This document shows, piece after piece, positions 37,310 through 48,800 of a stretch of 64,000 nucleotides of DNA. The stretch comes from Patescibacteria group bacterium. GTDB lineage: Bacteria > Patescibacteriota > Patescibacteriia > GWA2-46-9. The DNA is taken from the NCBI GenBank assembly GCA_041660005.1, contig JBAZXG010000001.1, positions 158,565 through 222,564 of the forward strand, written 5' to 3'. A model generated the notes under the pieces. It made no database searches. It was not told the DNA's origin and worked only from the letters and a program-made list of their open reading frames with translations. A program made the translations under genes and the position numbers. Positions within the stretch are counted from its first letter, which is position 1; each line of letters begins with the position of its first letter.

Positions 37310-37663
37310 TTAGAGATAGGGTAAAAAAATCAAAACTCCGGCAACAGCGGCACCTAGGGAAGCCACTAAAACTGCGGCAGCCAGGAGATCTTTCAACATC
37401 GCTGCGTAATCATGGACCCGCGGTGAGAGTAAATCGACTAATCGTTCAAAAAAAGTGTTAAGAAGCTCAAGCACGAGTACCAGAGTAACCAAAAGAACTA
37501 CCACAATAACGCGGAGCGACGAAAGCCGAACGTACCAAGCTGCTAGAAATACGACACATCCGATAAATGTTTGCACGCGAAAATTCTGCTCGCTTTTCCA
37601 TGCTTGTCGCAGCCCTAAAAAAGCATAACGAACGCTGCGCATAAATTGTTTTACCTCTTTCAT
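37310..37663 (-). CDS. dgkA: Diacylglycerol/undecaprenol kinase
   Basis: SEQNFR, ELLNTFFERLVD, KDLLAAAVL. Confidence 0.9.
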   Translation of the reverse strand: MKEVKQFMRSVRYAFLGLRQAWKSEQNFRVQTFIGCVVFLAAWYVRLSSLRVIVVVLLVTLVLVLELLNTFFERLVDLLSPRVHDYAAMLKDLLAAAVLVASLGAAVAGVLIFLPYL

Positions 37664-37666
37664 ATA

Positions 37667-38107
37667 CTACAATTCGTACCCTTGCAACGCAATAAGTCCT
37701 TTGTTGCCAAGCATGATGCTCTCCATACGCTGCATTGACCGTCGGTCCTTATCAATTTTGTGATCATAACCAAACACATGCAAGAGTGCGTGCAAGAAAA
37801 GCGCTTTAACTTCGCTCTCCACAGAAATGCCATGGCGACGGGCCTGACAAACGGCGCGCGGATGACAAATAATAATTTCACCATAATCAAAGCTCAAAAC
37901 ATCAGTAACGCTGGACTCGTTCCGGTACGTTTTGTTTAAACGTCGCATGCTCGTTTCTCCAACAAAAGCCAGTGAAAGTTCGTCAGGCATTGAACGCCGT
38001 CCCCGCATAGGTATTTTTTTCTTGGCTCGCTGTAAAACGAGAGACAATTGTTTTGTAGATACTGTTTGACGTATCGTTTTTGTAACGACCAAGGTCATGC
38101 CAATCAA
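37667..38107 (-). CDS. ybeY: rRNA maturation endoribonuclease YbeY
   Basis: LNKTYR, TDVLSF, HALLHVFGYDH. Confidence 0.93.
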   Translation of the reverse strand: MIGMTLVVTKTIRQTVSTKQLSLVLQRAKKKIPMRGRRSMPDELSLAFVGETSMRRLNKTYRNESSVTDVLSFDYGEIIICHPRAVCQARRHGISVESEVKALFLHALLHVFGYDHKIDKDRRSMQRMESIMLGNKGLIALQGYEL

Positions 38108-39078
38108 GAAGAAAGGTGTAGGAACTGAATAAACAATTCATAGGTGGCTCGAAAATCAAGCGTCGTCTTTGCGCCAGAAGTTAAACTCACCACGTAAACA
38201 TCCTTGGACGCACCAGGAGAAGTGAAATAGAATGTTTGCCGATCGGGAGAAAAAATACCCGTATGCTCGCCAACAGTTTCAAGCACGGGCAATGTTGCCA
38301 CAGCACCAGCGATGCTCGCGCGATACCATTCGCCAATGGCAAGCTTACTAGGATTATTCTGCACGAGAACTGCAATGGACTCGTCAGCAGCGGACACGAA
38401 CTGTATCCCGTCGCGACCAATTGGTCGAGTCGTCCAACGCACTGGGTAACGAACACTATAGCGACCGTTTGGATCACTATAGGCAGTGAATAAACTACCA
38501 CCCTGCAACTTACCCGTTCCTATCGGATTATAGCCGTTTTTGAGTTCGTCTAAATCACTATAACCATCGGCATCACTATCGGGCTTAGCAGGATTTGTAC
38601 CAAACAATGTTTCCTCACTATTGGTTAGTCCATCAGTATCAGTATCAGCACTGTTAGGAAGAAGTGCGGTAACAGGCGGTGGTGTTACTGGGGTCGGAGG
38701 TTCGTTTGTTTGTGTTTCTGACCCTGGCGCCGGAGCTGTATCGGGCGAGGGCGTTGTCGGCAATGTTCCTGACGCCATATTCCCGCCCGTGGTGTTCGTC
38801 GCCGCGGCCGGGGAAGTTGCTGTTTGCTCAGACGCAGCTTGGGGGGCTGAGGCCGGCGCCTGAACACTCGTAACGAGCCAGTACGTGGTAGCAACAAGAC
38901 TGCCGATAACAATAATAGCAACGCTCCATAGTTTTAGCGGTGTCCAAAAACGATGATGTTCTTCAACTACCAAAAACTTATCCGGCATGGTTCGTATGAC
39001 CGTACCGACTATTAAGCGAGGTGCAGTATCTACGACTGCAACCGTTTCTTTTTGCTTTTGTTTAAACAAGGACAGCAT
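38104..39078 (-). CDS. Membrane protein with TSP3-like Ca-binding repeats and C-terminal PsbP-like domain
   Basis: One TM, P/T linker, DTDTDGLT..E...GTNP..DSDADGYSD..E..GYNP, then YSVRYPVRW. Confidence 0.7.
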   Translation of the reverse strand: MLSLFKQKQKETVAVVDTAPRLIVGTVIRTMPDKFLVVEEHHRFWTPLKLWSVAIIVIGSLVATTYWLVTSVQAPASAPQAASEQTATSPAAATNTTGGNMASGTLPTTPSPDTAPAPGSETQTNEPPTPVTPPPVTALLPNSADTDTDGLTNSEETLFGTNPAKPDSDADGYSDLDELKNGYNPIGTGKLQGGSLFTAYSDPNGRYSVRYPVRWTTRPIGRDGIQFVSAADESIAVLVQNNPSKLAIGEWYRASIAGAVATLPVLETVGEHTGIFSPDRQTFYFTSPGASKDVYVVSLTSGAKTTLDFRATYELFIQFLHLSS

Positions 39079-39126
39079 ACAATGAATTACTTGACCGCCT
39101 GGCAAGCGATACCTCCGGAACAGCAA

Positions 39127-39813
39127 CTACTTCGGTACATTGAATAGTTTGCCAAGACCTTTAGGGTTGTAGCCATTGCGAACTTCTGCACCGTCTGAAA
39201 AACCATCGCCGTCAGTGTCAGGTTTCAACGGGTCAGTACCAAATGAACGAACTTCTTCGCCGTCAAAAAGCCCGTCGCCATCGGTGTCAGGATTCTGCGG
39301 GTCAGTACCAGCCGTAATTTCTTGCGCATTCGAAAGACCATCCTGATCACTATCGTCTTCTGGTGAAGCTGGCCCTTGACCTTGCAACTGCAAATCTGGT
39401 CGCGGTGTTACTTCGGTCGTTGGCGCGGCGTTAGTGTCTATTGGCGTAGTGGCTACCGGCTGTTTGTTGCCTGCGCTTCCTTTAAAGTACCACCAAGCAC
39501 CACCAGCACCAGCAATAACAATGAGGGCAACGAATGCTGCGGCAATAATTTTTGTAACCGTACGAGAACCGTCGTCAAGATACTCTTCAGGAATACCGCC
39601 AGAAGTATTCGGTGTTTGCGAGAGCGCCGGACGTGACGGTTGACCAGAAGGTTCTGACAACGGTACCGATTTCTTGGGAACGAAAGGCGAAGACGGAGCG
39701 CTGTCAACTGAAGCAAGCATATCTTCAGGTGCCTTCATAGGTAACGAAGGACTAGATGATTTTGCCACTGAACCAGGGTCTTTCTGCTCTCCTTTTTCTT
39801 GTTCTTCAAACAT
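39127..39813 (-). CDS. Membrane protein with three TSP3-like Ca-binding repeats
   Basis: One TM; DSDQDGLS, DTDGDGLF, DTDGDGFS, GYNPKG. Confidence 0.75.
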   Translation of the reverse strand: MFEEQEKGEQKDPGSVAKSSSPSLPMKAPEDMLASVDSAPSSPFVPKKSVPLSEPSGQPSRPALSQTPNTSGGIPEEYLDDGSRTVTKIIAAAFVALIVIAGAGGAWWYFKGSAGNKQPVATTPIDTNAAPTTEVTPRPDLQLQGQGPASPEDDSDQDGLSNAQEITAGTDPQNPDTDGDGLFDGEEVRSFGTDPLKPDTDGDGFSDGAEVRNGYNPKGLGKLFNVPK

Positions 39814-39855
39814 AGTATGGATAGTATAGCATGCACCGCATCCTCAACCAAACGG

Positions 39856-42800
39856 CTAAGGTGATGACGGTGGCGTTAAAATATTAACAATGGCACCACG
39901 TAACCTATTTGTTGACGCATCAACCGCAGAGGCATAGATAATATCTCTTGAGAGATAATTAAGCGTCAAACCATGGTAGTCACCCTGGACGGTAATCACT
40001 GGTATGGGTGCTGTCCAACCTGCACTTACCCAAGTCGGATCGTTTGTGCTTAACACCGATCTACGATACTTAATCGTTGTCGTTGATTGAGTAGTAGTAC
40101 GCTCTGCATAAGCAATGTAAAGATAGCCGCTTCGAGAATCTAATGCTAGCGCTACACCTTGGAAACCCCCTCCTGCAACACCAGTAATGTTGGACCCAAC
40201 CACCGTTCCGAATGTACTACTTTTTGTCCGACGCTTAAGTGCGATAAAGTCATCGTTGCTAACTACCCCCTGATCTTGTCGATAGGCAACGATACTTTCT
40301 CCTGTTGTTGGATTTGTTACGGCACTGAACCCGTCACCCGCATAGCCGGTCATAATAACGTTTTCTGCCGCAGTCAAAACCGGCTGTTCTGACCCCCAAG
40401 AGGAGGTTGCGTTCGGACCAACCCACACGCGCGCATTTAATGTTTTCGTAATGGAATTGTAATGATACAAAAGCATTTTCCCCGTGGCATCATCGGACGC
40501 AAGCGGTACCAACTGCGGTGCTTCGTTGTCGGTTTCTGGATAAGGATTATTCGTAATCCGCGAGCATGCATTTGAACTCAAAGGACACTGGTCACTGAAG
40601 CTGCTGGCGCTCGTCGAAACTTGACTACTCAGCGTGAAGTAATTCTTTCCGTCAACCGCTTTTGTCGCTGAAATCAACTGCGGCGCATCAACTATCCCCA
40701 CTGCGACACCGGTCGGTCCAAGAGTAGTTAAAGTATTGCCGACAGTATTGAGGGTCGAATACTGAATAGTGTTTGCATTATTGCCACCAGCTTGCGCACG
40801 ACTCGCCCCCAGGTGAATGAGGGAACCGGTATTAAACGGTGCAGGTGTCCACTGGTCATACCATGACACAATATGGCGACAGTTAGCCGCAATATCAACT
40901 GATGCTGCCCAAGTAAATCCAGTTCCACCACGAGTTCCCCGCACGTACTGACAGGTATTGTTTTTTCCGGTATAGAAAAGATACCCATTGGTTGCCGAGG
41001 AGAAGACGGCGCGCGGACTGGTGCCGTCATTGTAAGTAGCGGTCACATTCGTAGCGGCTATGTCCTCATTGGGCCACCCAGCAATCCAAATATCAACCGA
41101 ATTACTGACCGTTTGCCCAACACCGTTTACTGCGGTCACGGTATAAGCACCGCTACCGGGTATCTGCTTTGTTCCAGATGCGGGCCAGCGCGTACCAGTT
41201 ATTCCAGAAATAGAGCCAGGATTTATTTCGTACGAACTCGCACCAGTTCCACCGCCCCAGGTAAATGCTAATAAAGAATTGGGGGCACAAGGAGCAGAAA
41301 CATCTAAACAAGCAGCATTATATTGACTTACAGTACAAGAATAAGTTGTACCATTGATAACGGTACTTCCACCACGGTTACTCACGTTACAGTTTCCTCC
41401 TTGAGGACCAATGACAAACAATGTGACAGGCTGCGGTTTTGTGACAAATTTTGCGGTCACCGTTTGTTCACCCGTCATAGAAATAGTACAGGTAGGACTT
41501 GCGCCAGCACTCGTACATGCACCACCCCACCCCTGGAAAGTACCGCTATTCACTACAGAAGTAGCGCGAAGCGTAATGGAAGAATTTTTCAAATAATTTT
41601 CCGTAAAACCGTTTGAAACGCCATCATTTGCCGTCGGTGTTGGCCAACCCGCCGGCGCACTCTCAACAACGACATTACCATTTACAACAGGAGGATTGGG
41701 AAATGTATTATCTATCTTCTGCAATGTCAGTTGCTGCACCGCTTCAAACGTTGCCGTGACAGATAGAGAACCACCGGCAGCCGATGCTGAGAAATTACAC
41801 CGATTTCCTGTTGCCGAAGGACAATTCGTCCAGCCGGTAAATTGCGCACTGCCGTTCGGCGTAGCAAGAAGCACCACTGCATCCCCTGGATTAGGGTTGA
41901 AAGAACAGGGAGTCATGGGATCGGACGAGCTCGGGTCATTCGTACAATTGCCGGTTCCTCGCGCTGTTGCATAACCGAGGCGACCCAAACCTGATCCGCT
42001 CACAATCAAATTCACGGTTGGTCGTTTCGAAACCGTTACGCTATCGGTAGCAGTCAGTGAACCATAGCCCTGAACCGTAATGGTATAGGTTTGACTTGTA
42101 TCAGCACCCAAACTCACGACTACCGATCCTTGCGCGGATGACACATTGTAACTCGCAGGCGGAACATTGGTGAAACTACTGATGCGCACAAAGTCGGCGA
42201 CAGGTGTTACGTTCCAATTCAGCGTCTCACTGCCAGCTGGATCAATAAATACACTACTGGCTGACGGATCTGAAGCTGGCGTGAGGGTTACGCTCGGGGC
42301 TTGATGTACGGTCACCGTTACGCTCTTTTGATCAGGTGCTCCAACGCGACCCGTTGCCGTAATCTTGTAGGTCTGGCTAGTACTCGCCGTTGCCTGCTTC
42401 GTACCACTCGCTTCTGGAGTTACAACACCAACCCCCTGGTCAATCGCTACCCCGCCAGAAGTTGCGTCCGTAGTCTCCCACCGAAAAGTTATGTTGTCTC
42501 CGGCAACAACATCTGCTGAGGCGCCGAACTGATTGTTTGGCCCAGCCACTTCAAACTTTGTCACCTTCGCTGGTTTTACAATCGCTAACGTGGTTGTCGC
42601 TGAAGCAGATTCTCCTGGACCGCTGATGTTCAAGGTATAGGTAATATTTGTCGGTGCGTTATTCGACGGACAGTCATGTACGGGGGCGGCTGCGGCATTT
42701 CCAGAAATTGTACGATCAAGGGAACCGTCGTCAGCATGCACAGTAATAGTACGTGTCGTTGGAGCTGCTCCGGTTTCTGTCCATGTTAAGTCACTGCAAT

Positions 42801-45800
42801 CACGATTTTGAATGAGACTCGGTGTTGCGATAAAATTATTTATGCCGCTCGGAACATTCACGGTAAACGACACACTCTTTGTTGTTGTTCCACCAGGGCC
42901 AGTCGCGGTAAGCGTTAATGTTGTCATCCCCATCTTGGCAACAACAGTACTGCTGCCGTTTGGTGGAAGTTCTGTCATATTTACACGATCTGCAACGTTA
43001 CCGTCTGAAGTCAATAAAATATCAGTCGCATTGGTGGTGGTCCAGGAAACTGTTATTAGTGCTCCGTCGATGTAACTTGTGCCATTGAGTAAGCTCAGTT
43101 CTGCCGTTGGTTGTGCGGCAGTCAAATTAACTTGCAAAGTAACCGTTCTCGTCACTGTCACACCTTCACAACGAGTACCATTTTCGACACCAGTACAACT
43201 ATTCACCCAACCCCCAAACGTGCTGCCGACTTTCGGAAAAATCTCCACATCAACACTTGTATTTGCATCAAAAGCAAGTGAACAGGTGTCGTTAATTGAC
43301 GCACACGTTTGACGACCACTACTGGCTGTCACCACAACAGTCGCGTCCCCTGCTTCGCTACTGTTCAGCACTTGCAAGGTTGATACGTTTCGGAAACTTT
43401 GGGTGACAATCTTCGGTGTGCTCATAACCACCGAGCAGGCGCTCTGCCCGCTACAGGCGCCGCCCCAACCACCCAATGAGAAATCAGCGTTATCTAATAC
43501 TGCTTCAAGTAAAACATTTGTGTCGACGTCATAAGCAAACTCACAGGTCGCTGATACACTAGCAGGCTTCACGCAAGTATCAACGACCGATCCGCCGGAC
43601 ACAAACCGAACCTTCACCCGCCCCCCACCTGAACCTGTCAGCGTCAACTGAAGGGGCTTCAACTGAGGGTTTGGAGGAATAATGGTTCCGCCACCATCCA
43701 TAATGGGACCGGGTGGAGGAGCGGGCAAACGATCACGCACCGCAGTATCCGTCACCAGACAAAGGCGATCGCCACCAGTGACTTGGTTGAGTAGAGCCGG
43801 AAATGGAGTAAACACACTTTCCACAAAAGAGCAGAGAGCATAATCCTGACCCTGCCCTTGGCACTTCTCACCGGTCGGACACTGGCTGTCAACAATGCAT
43901 GCCTGCGCAGTTGTCGTCGAACAACGGCCATAAGCGCTGTACGTGTAGACGTGTGTTTCCGTAAGTTGAGCAGGATCAAACGACCACGGTACATCAGGTG
44001 GCGGTTCTACTTTTGTTATTTTTTCTTTAGCTGCATCCAGCGTCGCAAAGTGAGAGGCATATGTTTTAGAAACCTCATCCCAACATGTATTCGAATCATG
44101 TTTCAGCATAGCTGTTCCTAATGTGCTTTCAGTTCCACCGGCTTCACATGCAGCAAAAACACCAATAGGATCCTGCGGCAGTTGTCGACCAAGTTCGTTA
44201 CCTAATGTTGCCACCCATGACGGCCAACGGCTCGTACTGGTGCCAGTTACATAGGTACCCGCGGCTAATAATGGATAATTTGTTGTTCGATCTGCTGGCC
44301 GCTGACACGAGGACGTTACGGTCTTTGTCACGTTGCTGACATCCGTCGCGTCAACATCACCATCAGTATCGGTATCTGCACCGCGGCAGTAAGAAGGAAT
44401 ACTGCCGGGGTTTGCCCGATACCACTCTGTGAGAGAAATATCATAGCCATTAATAACACCATTACAGTTTGCGTCCCCCGGTGCACCAGGAGTAACCGCG
44501 GGACAGGAGGACCCATACTGATAGGCGCTCAAAGTCGTTGACATGTTGACGACGTCGCTCAACCGTTTCACGTCTCGAGTAACCTTGGACTTTGTGTTTG
44601 CGCAAACATATCCACTACCACAGTCGCTGTTAAAAATGCACTGCTTAACGACACCGCAGGTATTGCCACTACCGCAATCACTGTCTTGAGTACAGGCCTT
44701 GCTATTATTGTTAGAACAAAAACGAGTAACCTCTGCGCGACCAGTAGCCTGTTCCCTGCAGTTACCCACGGTCAAGTCATCAATGTTAAAGATGAGATTT
44801 TGTACCAGCTGGTTATAGACATTCTGTGTCGTGGCCTGCGCTCCCTGGTTGTAGGAGAAAATGTAAACGTTTGTGAAGAACACAGGATCGCTCACACCAT
44901 CTCCATTAACGTCAACACCAGAAGTGTTCGCTGCACCAATATAAATGGTGCGACCATCCCGAATAGCTGGGTACCCATCGATTACTAAAGATTCTGGCGC
45001 ACCTTTACTAAACGGCTGCTCAGCGTACCACTGGCTCGGCGTTAAATGCCGGTCATTTCTTACCACTCGAACACCAATAGCATCCGGATCAGGGTGCGTC
45101 GGATCAATAGTCGGGGCCTTCAAAATCCACTCCGCCAAAATGCCGAGCTGATTTGCACCGGCCGGTGCATCAATTTTTGTATTCGAGAAGTTAGGTAGTA
45201 GCTCCGGAACACATGAATTACCAGCGCCGCACTGTTTATCGTTAGCACATGATTTATTCTTATCGTTCGAGCAAACACTTCGGGAGGTGTCCTGACAGTA
45301 AGTCGTATAGAAATTCGTCGGGCTGTCCCCCGCCGGAGGCGGACCATCTTGCAACGGACCATTGTCCCACGGTTGGCGACACAGCATGAAAGTAACCGGC
45401 ACTCTGTTACTGCCCATGGTGTCACTATCGCTCCCTAGACTCGCCGATACATTGACGAGCGCAAAACGCGTACGATTGTCTGATGGTTTATTGGCAAATG
45501 TTGTTTCAAGTTCAGGAGTGGTTGTGTTGGCTAAGGAGAGTAATGGCAACGGATCTTCCTTTGACCAAACATAGTTTGCGCTCAATGCCTGGCCAATAGC
45601 ATCCACTGCTGTTGCCTGATAAACGTGTTGGTTACCGGTTCCTGGTGCAGAGTTCTGGTCTTCAGGCACTTCCCCCGTTGTTGTCTGCCGACAGCCGAGC
45701 TTGACGCCACCAGTGTCAGAACTGCAATTACAATGGTCGCCGTAGCAGGCGAACAGATCGTACGGCTGGATAAGCGTTCGCGGTTGGCTTATCGACATTT

Positions 45801-48800
45801 CCGTAGAAAGTACTGGTGCAATGTTGACCTGAATATTATCAACCTTGCAAATGTGATTGCCAACACCGGGCGGTGTAGACGCTGACGGGTCTGGGAACTC
45901 CTGATTCTTGTCACCGTCAAGCGCAATTCCTGCGGTACTTCTGGCTCCCCCTGTTGGATCTGTGGCGTTTTCGCCGTGCACAACCACACGATACTTAAGC
46001 TTTTTATCGAGTAAGGAGGATACGCTAATAATTGCTTTCGTTACCGGCGAAGACCCGTCTGGGAATACCGTACTCGCCAAAACTTTTGTTCCCAAAACCT
46101 TGCACCAACCACTGCCTGCGGCTGCTCCAGCCTCGTTCAAGAACAATCGACGCACAAACCCGAAGAACTGACTCATGGGTGTCGCTTCAGCAACTTTAAG
46201 ACTTTCTTCCAAGTTGCAGTCTGGCAAGCCATCTGCGTTAAGTTCTCCGACATTATCTAACCATTCGAGACTGGTGTTTTGCTCAACACTGGTCCGATCC
46301 ATCGGTTGACTAAACATAACCGTAAAGGCAGCGTTCCGACAAATGGTTCCGTCAGCTGGAGACTCGGCACCTGTAATTGAAGTGACCCACGGTCGTATGC
46401 CACAGCATCCTCCCTTATTCACCGCAAAACTGCAGAAGAGATCATTGCCTGTACCGTCACCATTGTCACAGGAAACGTGAGAGTCGTTGCTGCATTTCAA
46501 CTGCGCGTTACAAGTGCCAACCGGGTTACCACTACCACAAACATTTAAACTGAGACCAGACGCATCAACATTGCATTGGCTGCTTGTTGAACAGGCGCGC
46601 TTCAACTGTTTTGCGCAGACGTGAGGAATAAGGGAAACACTGTCTACTTCAACACCAGTTGGAAGTTCGAGCACCAAAAAGAATTTATTACCAGTAACCG
46701 CTGACCCGAACGTAACCGTTCCGCTATGCGCTGACCACTTGTTCGTCGTTGTAACAACTCGAGGGTCATCGCCAATAAAATCCACAAACGCTAATTTATC
46801 CAAAATGTTATCTGACTTTGCTAAATAAACGCGTACTCTCTCAGCGCTACCCGGTCGGCGTACCGCAAAGGAAAAATCATATGCCTGGTTCGCAACCGCA
46901 TAGGGCATATCAATGAACGTTACGAGTCCCTCATCGAATGGACACGTCGTCGTATGACAGTCAGGCTGGCGATAATACTGACGGCCATCAGCGGCGTTGC
47001 CGGTTGTCAAAACGGTGCTGGCATACATCTTGGTGCTGTCCGTATCATCTCCCCAACCAGTCAACGGATCAGTACTACCAGCTTTAGTAATTTCAAAACT
47101 ACTATTACCAATAACGTTCTGTGTTGCACTAATACAAGCTTGCGGCGCGATAAATCCGCACTGCAGGGTCAGCGTACTCTTGCCAATAACCGCACAATCA
47201 CTGGTTGTTGTACATTTTTTGGGCTGATTATCACAGGTATCTGCTGCCCCATTACCATCGCTGTCAATCGTGCAGAGGCCAACACTCGCGGTAACGTCTG
47301 TGGCACATTGATAGGTGGGTGCTACAGAACAACTTGGTGCCTTGCCAACGGCTGTTGCAACCTGCCTGGGATCAACATAGCTTCCCACTACCACATGGCC
47401 GGAACTATCAATCTGCTTCAACACGTTATTGTTGGTTATGGTAGCAACATCCGCGTCAGTACTGTTCCACCCATAATCATAGCTAATGGCGGCCAAGCGC
47501 TCACCCGTTGCATTGCAAGAATCTGGCGCTCCAAAGGGCTGCGCTACGATATCTTCAGTAGCACCGATGGTGCGCAAGGTCGCTTTATCAGGAATGTTGA
47601 TGACGCGATCAACCGCACAAATGGTTGATTTCGTTTTAAATACCCACGAATAAGCATCAATAGTATTTCCGTCAACGTCTTTCTCTTTATAATTAGTTTC
47701 GAGCGATTTGCCTTCTTCACTTCTGATATCTTTCGTTAAAATAACACGATAGTACGTTTCTTTTTGAAGGTATCCGTTTGCTGCGGTAAAGCTAACTTGA
47801 TACCGTTTTGGTGTCTCTTCCTTTGCTGGAATAACAATATAGATTGGCTCCGTAATACCAATTCTTTCTGTGGTCGTTTTGTCACTGATTATGCAATCCG
47901 CATTTGCACATTTGTAAAGCTGTACACTGTCAGTCCATACAGGAGCTGCTGTATAGGTAAACGTGCTCGCAGTTAACGGACGAGAAAATACTGCCCCGAT
48001 TGCGGCATTGAGACAAGCGGCATCGCACGACGGGAAAGGTTCAATTACTTTGGGTGCTTCAAAAATAACGTTCACCCGACACTCGCCCACCCGCGCCGCA
48101 GGATCCGCGGGCGAGGCTGCTTTAACTTTCGTCGTACCCTCGCTAACGGCAGTTGCCGTGTTATGGCAACCGGTGAGCCCTGGATCAACTGATGCCACCA
48201 AAGCGCTCGACGACGACCAGGCAACGCTGCCAGACGGGCAAGACAAAATGTTACAATTGGCCGCCTGCAGACCAGCGGACAAACTCTCTTGTTCATCTTT
48301 TGCGGTCAGCTTGTGAGAAGACGGCTGACAAGAAAGCGAAGCAACGGCACAAGTGTCAGACTTTGCTTGAAAACGCCAGATGTAGTCTTTGTCCGGAGAA
48401 ACTCCCTTGTCGCTCTTTACCGCTTTCGTCACTCGCGCCTCATACCAATGATTCAACGTAAAACCACCAACATCAGCAGTAAACCCACCATTTTCGATAT
48501 TCAAATTGTCCGTATAGGTAAAGAACTGTAACGCGGCTGGAGAAACACCGGGTTTCGGCTGCTTACAATCTGGGTCACTATCACAATCAGCCACAACAAG
48601 AGCCGTTTTTGGTGTTGCCACGGTATCAATTGGGGTTGTAAAGCGAACAGAAACTTGTGCGTTGGTGCAGGCATCGACTGAACCCTTCCACGGGCTCGGA
48701 CTCTGTGTTGAACTGCTGGTCCAAGACAAATTAACCGCGTCAACATCAAAACCAGCTTTGGGTAACTCAATAACTACATAGAACTCTTTTGCAGTATAGG

